The translations under genes were made by a program, and so were the position numbers. Below are positions 6,849-12,870 of a stretch of 20,000 nucleotides of DNA, one piece after another. Location: the IMG/VR virus record IMGVR_UViG_3300028840_001562; one strand, given 5' to 3'. Numbering within the stretch: position 1 is the first letter of the stretch; each line of letters opens with the position of its first letter. The notes under the pieces are model-generated. The model saw nothing but the letters and a program-made list of their open reading frames with translations, had not been told where the DNA came from and did not search any database. Source of the DNA: an uncultured virus (IMG/VR IMGVR_UViG_3300028840_001562). Lineage: Duplodnaviria; Heunggongvirae; Uroviricota; Caudoviricetes.

Positions 6849-8118
6849 TTTTTCTGACAAATATAATAGCATCAAGCAAATACCTGCACAGTTCAACACG
6901 CTTCCAGAAACAGCTAAAGAGCTTGTTTTAGATGTTCTCAACATCATGGATGTTGGTTCATTTGGCGAGTCTTTGGCTAATGCTGCAGCGTGGGGTGTTG
7001 TAAATAAGCAGTTCCAGCAGCTTGATGACGGTTCATGGGTTGAGCGTGAGCAAAGGCCAAAACTTAGGATTGTGCAATCCAAGGTGGACGTAATTCACTG
7101 CAGGACGAACTTCGAAGGGGCGGCACAATCTTGGATTCAGGTATTCAAATCCGGCAAATTCAAGCACGACCTATATGGTGATTTCGAGATCAATAAAGAG
7201 CTGATGTCCTCGATGGTCGAGAACTTCCACAAATACATAGATCGCGACGTGATGGTCGATTATAACCATGCCAGCTTTTCCGATGATCCTGATTCTGCCA
7301 AAGCTGCCGGTTGGGTTAGAGAACTTGAAACCAGGCGCAACGATTCACAAGTATGGGCCTTGATTGATTGGACTAACAAGGCCGTTGAATACATAAATGA
7401 GGGTGAATATCGGTTCATTTCACCGGAATGGACTGAAAACGCAAAATGCAATAAGACCGGCAAGGATTTGGGGCCGATGTTGCTTGCCGTTGGTTTGGTT
7501 AATCGCCCATTTCTAGCGGGCATGAAGCCCGTGCAATTATCTGAAATCCCATTGAATGGAGGGGAAACAGAGATGCCTATTCCCAAAGAAGTGTTTGAAG
7601 TGCTTGGAATCCCTGAAGATTCCGAGGAAAAACAGTTGCTTGAAGCGATCAAAGATCGTCAAAGCCTGCTTTCCGATGAGATCCGCAAGTTAGTTGAACC
7701 AGCGGAGGGGGAATCGTTGGTTGAAGCGGTGACGCGGAAGGTGGGCGAACTTGAGGAGGCAGCCAAAAAATTAGATGCGATGCAGAAAACAGTTGAAGAG
7801 ATGAAGGAAGAAAATGCCAAGGTTGTCGCAGAAAAGAAGGCGTCGGAGGCCAATGCTTTCGCCGACAAGATCATTTTGACAGACAAAAAGGCCCTTCCTA
7901 AGCAACGCGAGCAAATCATCAAAATGTGGGAAAAAATCGGGGAAGAGGAAACAAAGAAGTTTTTTGATGAAACCCCCGAGCTTGATCATTTCAAAGTGCA
8001 GGGGGCAGGAAGTGAAGAGGAAAACATTGAATTGACCGAAGGTGAACTTGCTGCAGCGAAGGTGCTTGGCAATGATCCCGAGAAGTTGAAAAAATTTAAA
8101 GCGGAAAAACCGCAATAA
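6811..8118 (+). CDS. Mu gpI-like prohead protease/scaffold with an N-terminal ChaB-like domain
   Basis: WIQVFKSG, VDYNH, AAGWV, IDWT...EYRFISPEW and GLVNRPF are Mu-like protease I motifs, followed by an acidic coiled-coil C-terminus. ATG 6811 has no SD, so the true start is uncertain. Confidence 0.88.
   Translation: MGAILSQQKQTVSFSDKYNSIKQIPAQFNTLPETAKELVLDVLNIMDVGSFGESLANAAAWGVVNKQFQQLDDGSWVEREQRPKLRIVQSKVDVIHCRTNFEGAAQSWIQVFKSGKFKHDLYGDFEINKELMSSMVENFHKYIDRDVMVDYNHASFSDDPDSAKAAGWVRELETRRNDSQVWALIDWTNKAVEYINEGEYRFISPEWTENAKCNKTGKDLGPMLLAVGLVNRPFLAGMKPVQLSEIPLNGGETEMPIPKEVFEVLGIPEDSEEKQLLEAIKDRQSLLSDEIRKLVEPAEGESLVEAVTRKVGELEEAAKKLDAMQKTVEEMKEENAKVVAEKKASEANAFADKIILTDKKALPKQREQIIKMWEKIGEEETKKFFDETPELDHFKVQGAGSEEENIELTEGELAAAKVLGNDPEKLKKFKAEKPQ
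7573..8118 (+). CDS. Internally initiated scaffolding protein (Mu gpZ-like), in frame with the protease
   Basis: Strong SD GGAGGGG at 7558-7564, 8 nt before in-frame ATG 7573, immediately after the protease domain ends; 181 aa, E/K-rich and helical. Confidence 0.7.
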   Translation: MPIPKEVFEVLGIPEDSEEKQLLEAIKDRQSLLSDEIRKLVEPAEGESLVEAVTRKVGELEEAAKKLDAMQKTVEEMKEENAKVVAEKKASEANAFADKIILTDKKALPKQREQIIKMWEKIGEEETKKFFDETPELDHFKVQGAGSEEENIELTEGELAAAKVLGNDPEKLKKFKAEKPQ

Positions 8119-8133
8119 GGGAGGTAGTGAATT

Positions 8134-8553
8134 ATGACAGCCTTGACTGCAGATAGAGCTTTTCAGGCAAAGGATGGTTATTTCCAAGATTTTCCTGTTG
8201 AAGCGTCAGAGGTGATTTACAAAGGAGCGATTGTTGGTGATAACGGTGCGGGTTATGCACAAGCTCTCGCTTCGGGCGATCCTTTCTTGGGAATTGCTAT
8301 TGAACAAGCAGACAATTCGAGCGGATCCGCTGGTGACATTAATTGTGTTTGTCGCAGAAAGGGCATCGTGCGTTTTACTGGTCAATCCGGTTTTTCGCAA
8401 ACTGATGTTGGCACTAAAGCCTACGCGCACGACGATGGAACTGTAAGCGCAACAAAGGGCTCGAAAACATTCATTGGTTATTTTGTTAAATATGAAAGCG
8501 CATCAGTAATGTGGGTTGATCTCATGCCTGATGCAAACGACGAAATTACTTGA
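8134..8553 (+). CDS. Head decoration / capsid cement protein
   Basis: SD GGGAGG; lies between scaffold and MCP; MTALTADR...IYKGAIVG...FLGIA...DNSSGSAGD pattern typical of Mu-like heads. Confidence 0.75.
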   Translation: MTALTADRAFQAKDGYFQDFPVEASEVIYKGAIVGDNGAGYAQALASGDPFLGIAIEQADNSSGSAGDINCVCRRKGIVRFTGQSGFSQTDVGTKAYAHDDGTVSATKGSKTFIGYFVKYESASVMWVDLMPDANDEIT

Positions 8554-8572
8554 TAAGGGAGGGGCGTGAAAA

Positions 8573-9481
8573 ATGAGTTCCATTGTTACACCTGATTTTG
8601 TTGCCGGTGTTTATACTAATTACCGGTCGGAGTTTAACGAATACTATGCAGCGGCTTTGAAGGAATTTCCGCTTGCAGACCTAGTTACTGAAGTTCCTAG
8701 CACGAAAGACACAGAGGATTATTCGTGGCTTGGTGATCTTCCGGCGGTTCGTGAATTTGTTGGTGAGCGTGTTTACAAGGGTATCGCGGTCCACAACTAC
8801 AGCATCAAAAACAAAACATGGGAAAACACGATTGCCATTGATGCTGATACTTTTGAGGACACGAATCAGGTCGTGCAGATCCGCCCACGGGTTCAGGATC
8901 TTGCGGCGTCTATTGTCCGTCATAAGTTCTCGTTGCTGACTACGTTGATTGAAGCGAATGGGACAGTTTATGACGGCCAGGCGCTCTATTCGAATTCGCA
9001 TAGCAGCGGCGAGTCTGGAACACAGGACAACCTGTTAAGTGGTGCCGGTACGTCAGTTGCAAACCTGAAAACCGACATGATTGCAGCAAAGGCGGCGTTG
9101 CGCAAATTCAAAACCGACACTGGCGAATATGTTAATGCCGGTATGAATTTGGTAGTTATGGCACCCCCTGCCCTTGAAGGAGTGTTTGACGAATTCCTAA
9201 ATGCGACAATCATCAGTCAAACAACGAACATCTTTAAGGGTGCCGCAAAGCTAATCATCAACCCATACCTGACAGATGCTAATGACTGGTATCTGTTCAA
9301 CGTGGTTGGTCCGATCAAGGCCCTTATTTTCCAAATGAGGGAACAGCCAAGCCTCACGGCCATCACAAGCCCGCAATCCGATCATGTATTCAAATACAAC
9401 GAATACCTGTGGGGCACCAAAGCTCGCTATAATGCCGGTTTCGGCCTTTGGCAGCTTACATGCAAAGTCGTCAACACCTAA
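8573..9481 (+). CDS. Major capsid protein (Mu gpT-like)
   Basis: EVPST...YSWLGDLPAVREFVGER, YSIKNKTWENTIAI, YDGQALYSNSH, NPYLTDANDWYL and ARYNAGFGLWQ; 302 aa; SD GGGAGGGG. Confidence 0.95.
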   Translation: MSSIVTPDFVAGVYTNYRSEFNEYYAAALKEFPLADLVTEVPSTKDTEDYSWLGDLPAVREFVGERVYKGIAVHNYSIKNKTWENTIAIDADTFEDTNQVVQIRPRVQDLAASIVRHKFSLLTTLIEANGTVYDGQALYSNSHSSGESGTQDNLLSGAGTSVANLKTDMIAAKAALRKFKTDTGEYVNAGMNLVVMAPPALEGVFDEFLNATIISQTTNIFKGAAKLIINPYLTDANDWYLFNVVGPIKALIFQMREQPSLTAITSPQSDHVFKYNEYLWGTKARYNAGFGLWQLTCKVVNT

Positions 9482-9502
9482 TTAGGGGTTGATTGAACGA
9501 AC

Positions 9503-9545
9503 AAAAGGGGGCGGGGTTGGCAGACAGCTTGCTCCGCCCCCTTTT
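9503..9545 (+). terminator. Intrinsic terminator-like hairpin after the major capsid gene
   Basis: AAAAGGGGGCGGGGT / GCTCCGCCCCCTTTT stem with two G-U pairs, a 13-nt loop and a short U4 tail. Confidence 0.75.
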
Positions 9546-9560
9546 ACCAAGGGGGGTTGA

Positions 9561-10019
9561 ATGTCAATCACGGTAGGCACCGATGGTTATTGCACGCTGA
9601 AGGATATAAAAAACCAACTGCCCTTGCGGAAGTTTTCAGGAACAAGCAAACCATCGGAATCTGACGTTGAAGGCTTCATCACAGATGCCTTTTATCAAAT
9701 GAATGATGCCTTGCGTTCTGCAGGGTATTCCGTTCCAATGACAGATGCGACAGATCAGGCAACGCTGAAAATCATCAACGCAAAAATCGTAGCGGTAAGG
9801 ATAGAGCAAGCAATAGCGATCAGTCAGAGGCGCGATATAGGAGACAGTATCGCGCCAATACAAGACGAAATAACGGCCTTTTTTGATGGTCTGAAAGATG
9901 GAAGTTTACAGCTTTCAACAGGAGATAACCCGGCATACACCCCTGATGGGCAAGAGGACTTGCTTGCAGGTGGGGACAACGAGACTCCTGATTTCAAAAT
10001 TGATGATGCGACGGACTGA
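9561..10019 (+). CDS. Head-tail adaptor (Mu gp36/HK97 gp6-like)
   Basis: YCTLKDI...FITDA...DALRSAGYSVP, helical; first gene after the MCP; SD AAGGGGGG. Confidence 0.7.
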   Translation: MSITVGTDGYCTLKDIKNQLPLRKFSGTSKPSESDVEGFITDAFYQMNDALRSAGYSVPMTDATDQATLKIINAKIVAVRIEQAIAISQRRDIGDSIAPIQDEITAFFDGLKDGSLQLSTGDNPAYTPDGQEDLLAGGDNETPDFKIDDATD

Positions 10020-10480
10020 TGGGGGCAATCAAGTTACAAATAGGGATGCAGGGCGATCGGCAGTTCAACCGCGTTCTGATAACCAAAAAAAACCAGGTCG
10101 AAGATTTCCGCCCTATTTGGTCAGATATACGGAATTTTTTGATGATTACCATGCGGGAACAGTTCGCAACCCAAGGTGCTCGAACGGCATCGTGGAAACC
10201 GCTTTCAAGAAAGTATGCTGCTTGGAAAACAAAGAACTATCCAGGGCAAACGATTCTGCGTTTGACCGATCGGCTGTTTCGCAGCCTTACGGTTCCAGGT
10301 TCAAGCGATATGATCTATGAATCCACGCCAAGGGAAATGAAGTTCGGCACAAAGGTAGAATATGCAGCAAAGCATCAATTTGGTGTAAAGCCGGTTCCTA
10401 GGCGTAGGTTTTTGAGTTTGACGCAAGCAGATAGGGACAAAATCAGGTTAATTATACAGAAAGCATTGACGGCAAATTAA
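10019..10480 (+). CDS. Virion morphogenesis / tail completion protein (Mu gpG/P2 gpS-like)
   Basis: EQFATQG...WKPLS...ILRLTDRLFRSL...FGTKVEYAAKHQFG...VPRRRFLSL. Confidence 0.85.
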   Translation: MGAIKLQIGMQGDRQFNRVLITKKNQVEDFRPIWSDIRNFLMITMREQFATQGARTASWKPLSRKYAAWKTKNYPGQTILRLTDRLFRSLTVPGSSDMIYESTPREMKFGTKVEYAAKHQFGVKPVPRRRFLSLTQADRDKIRLIIQKALTAN

Positions 10481-10983
10481 TGATTCGCGACGTTTTAGAC
10501 AAAATGAAAGATGAGCTTGATGACAACTTGCATGAAAAGTTGATTGATCAAGATCAAAATTATGATGAAGTGGAATACAATGTCGCCAATGATACGGTCG
10601 AAATTTACGTTGGTGAGCGAGATATTGCTGCAGTTCAAAACTTGCCTGCCGTCCTACTAATCCCGGTTGACACGGATCGGGTTGAATATACTAGCCAGAA
10701 AAAGGATTTTTTTCATAATGTCGCAATGGTCGTGTTGGTTGTTGCCAGCGACCCAGAGGTCGGTCAGAAAAAATGCTGGACGATATTACGAGCATGCGAA
10801 AACGTGTTCGAATCACAAGTGGCAGATTGGCCGCTTGGTGCAGTGAATCAGTTTCAAACAACTGAATATTCTTATTCGGAAATTGGGCGGGTTCAGACCG
10901 GGAGGGGTGAAAGCGTTTGGACGGCTGGCCTCATTTGTAGAATCAGGGAGCGTGTAGACGCTTACCTTTCAACGCAAGTATAA
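10480..10983 (+). CDS. Probable tail terminator / minor tail protein
   Basis: Lies between the virion morphogenesis gene and the tube; 167 aa, acidic, with an LPAVLL motif; TAATG coupling. Confidence 0.6.
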   Translation: MIRDVLDKMKDELDDNLHEKLIDQDQNYDEVEYNVANDTVEIYVGERDIAAVQNLPAVLLIPVDTDRVEYTSQKKDFFHNVAMVVLVVASDPEVGQKKCWTILRACENVFESQVADWPLGAVNQFQTTEYSYSEIGRVQTGRGESVWTAGLICRIRERVDAYLSTQV

Positions 10984-10992
10984 GGGGGCTTT

Positions 10993-11112
10993 ATGGGCAA
11001 GATTACGATTAAAAGCAATCCTGGTGGGACGATCGTGGTCGATCCGAAGGATGTAAAAAAGGAAAAACCTGAAAAAGATTCGAAAGAAAAAGACAAGGAA
11101 AAGGAGGGTTAA
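10993..11112 (+). CDS. Small 39-aa protein missed by the ORF track
   Basis: SD AAGGGGG before ATG 10993; MGKITIKSNPGGTIVVDPKDVKKEKPEKDSKEKDKEKEG*; fills the gap to the tube gene. Confidence 0.7.
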   Translation: MGKITIKSNPGGTIVVDPKDVKKEKPEKDSKEKDKEKEG

Positions 11113-11115
11113 GGA

Positions 11116-12042
11116 ATGCCGCTAATTGCACAAAGGGCCTGCATGGCCGCTAAAGAAGAGGGTACAGAGGGAAGCGCCGAAACCCTAACAAATGCCGATG
11201 CTTTTCTTTGTTACGAGCCAAGTTTTGACGATGTAACGGACATCCACGAAAGAAACCCTATTAGGCCGACGCTTTCGCAGATGAATCCTGTTACGGGTCG
11301 TTATTACGGCGTTTTGACGTTTAAAGTTGAGCTGAAGGGATCGGGAACAGCAGGAACAGCCCCAGAATGGGGGAAACTGTTCAAGTTCTGCAAAATGACG
11401 CACACCAATGTTCCGGTAACGTCTGACACCTACACCCCCGCAAGTTCTGGAGATCCTTCATGCACGGTCGCGTTCTATGTTGACGGCAAGCGTTACCAGC
11501 TTGCCGGCGCGAGGGGAACGTGGAGGTTTTCGGCGAATGTCGGCGAGATTGTAATGGTCGAATTTACCTTTTGGGGTATTGCAACGATTACAGACCAAAC
11601 GCTGCTTTCAAGCATTAGCTATGATGATACGGTGCCTGAGCCGCTGCTAGGAACGTCTTTGACTGTTCATAGTGACACGGACTTTATATGTGAAATGTTC
11701 GAGCTTGATTTGGGCAACACGCTTGCCCTTAGGCCGGACATTTCCGCAACAACTGGCATTAAGTCAATCCTTGTTCCTGATCGTAAATGCGTTGGCAGCA
11801 TCAAGGTTGAGGAACGTCTTGTTTCTGATGAAGATATTTACGGCAAGTTGTTTGATGGAACCGAGGGAAACCTAAGCGTCACGCTTGGAGCCACTGCAGG
11901 GAATATTTGCACTATCACAGCTCCAAAGCTGCGCTATACAGACATCACTCAAGAATTCCGCGACGGCATCTTAGTTCTTACATGCGCATTTCAACTGAAC
12001 ATGAGTTCAGGGGATGATGAAATTTCATTAGCGTTCACATAA
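11116..12042 (+). CDS. Major tail tube protein (non-contractile tail)
   Basis: 308 aa, beta-rich; AAKEEGTEG...VELKGSGTAGTAPEWGKL...GARGT...GATAGNICTITAP...GDDEISLAFT; precedes the chaperones and tape measure; no sheath gene nearby. Confidence 0.85.
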   Translation: MPLIAQRACMAAKEEGTEGSAETLTNADAFLCYEPSFDDVTDIHERNPIRPTLSQMNPVTGRYYGVLTFKVELKGSGTAGTAPEWGKLFKFCKMTHTNVPVTSDTYTPASSGDPSCTVAFYVDGKRYQLAGARGTWRFSANVGEIVMVEFTFWGIATITDQTLLSSISYDDTVPEPLLGTSLTVHSDTDFICEMFELDLGNTLALRPDISATTGIKSILVPDRKCVGSIKVEERLVSDEDIYGKLFDGTEGNLSVTLGATAGNICTITAPKLRYTDITQEFRDGILVLTCAFQLNMSSGDDEISLAFT

Positions 12043-12076
12043 TCAATTTAACTTCCGAAAGGATGGGGGTGGCGAA

Positions 12077-12514
12077 ATGCCTGATCTAAAAAGCGCATTG
12101 ACAGAACGAACAGCATGGTTTGATTGGGAACACGGCATAAGCGTTCATTTGCGCTATATCGACCGCAAAGAGCTGTCGAACTGGCTGAATGAGTCAAAGC
12201 GAAGCAAGTGGAATCCACAAACTCACCAAAGAGAAGAAACAACCGACAACAGTAAGTGGCTGAAGTTTCTTGCAACCGCCATTGTTGATTGGAAAAATCT
12301 TACTGCAGCAAACGCGCATTTGATTGGGCCGTTCAAGAAAGGCCCAAAAAAAGAAGTTTACGAGGCTAGTCAGAGCAACAAGGAATTGATCCTAGAGCGT
12401 GCTTATGGTCTTGAAAACTTCATTTTTGATAAGATCCGGGACATTCAGCAGTTTGAAGAGGAAAGGGTTGAAGAGGAAAAAAAAGGCTCCGGGAGTGGGC
12501 AGCCTACTGCTTAG
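12077..12514 (+). CDS. Tail assembly chaperone (G-type)
   Basis: Lies between tube and tape measure; AIVDWKNL motif; ends just after an A8 slippery run. Confidence 0.85.
   Translation: MPDLKSALTERTAWFDWEHGISVHLRYIDRKELSNWLNESKRSKWNPQTHQREETTDNSKWLKFLATAIVDWKNLTAANAHLIGPFKKGPKKEVYEASQSNKELILERAYGLENFIFDKIRDIQQFEEERVEEEKKGSGSGQPTA
12478..12484 (+). other. -1 programmed ribosomal frameshift heptamer A-AAA-AAA
   Basis: GAA AAA AAA GGC in the zero frame; the -1 frame is open from 12472 to 12870. Confidence 0.8.
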
Positions 12515-12870
12515 ATAGAAAGAATCGGCAGTGTTTTAGGTGTGAAGAGGAAAAAGAGAAGTTCGGCAGACCGACTCCCGATTGTGATCAATGTAGATTT
12601 TTCAGCTTGCAAAAAGAATTCCTCCCGGCCAATTCGGAGGCATGGAGCTTGTACTTGATATTGACAAGCACGACCACGATGGAACAGGGCTTCAATTACA
12701 AGGGGGCGGAATTCTTATACGACCTTTACAAGCCCACCGATCCAATTTTGACATTCGAAAAGATGAAGGTGTGTTACGAGGAGGACGTTAAAGTTCATAA
12801 TCGTAACATGGAAGAACGCATTTCTTCAACTAAGAAAACAAAGGGCAAAAAATGGCCGAACCGACGGTAG
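12484..12870 (+). CDS. Tail assembly chaperone T part (frameshift extension giving a ~264-aa GT fusion)
   Basis: The -1 frame reads RLREWAAYCLDRKNRQCFRC...PDCDQCRFFSLQKEFLPANSEAWSLY... and includes track ORF 12607-12870, whose TTG has no SD. Confidence 0.8.
   Translation, partial: RLREWAAYCLDRKNRQCFRCEEEKEKFGRPTPDCDQCRFFSLQKEFLPANSEAWSLYLILTSTTTMEQGFNYKGAEFLYDLYKPTDPILTFEKMKVCYEEDVKVHNRNMEERISSTKKTKGKKWPNRR

Noticed and set aside
6846..6857. Stop-codon reassignment (TAG readthrough) as the explanation for the split protease
   Set aside because: Readthrough meets TGA after two more codons (TAG TTT TTC TGA), and TAG, TGA and TAA all act as normal stops elsewhere in the window.
9898..10320. 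140-aa alternative-frame ORF, reachable by a -1 slip at A-AAA-AAC (10087-10093)
   Set aside because: It overlaps two recognisable genes, the product has no motif, a shift would destroy the conserved virion morphogenesis domain, and A8 runs occur elsewhere (for example 237-244).
12054..12063. TCC-GAAA-GGA tetraloop hairpin between tube and chaperone genes
   Set aside because: The stem is only 3 bp with no U-tract, which is not enough to call a terminator.
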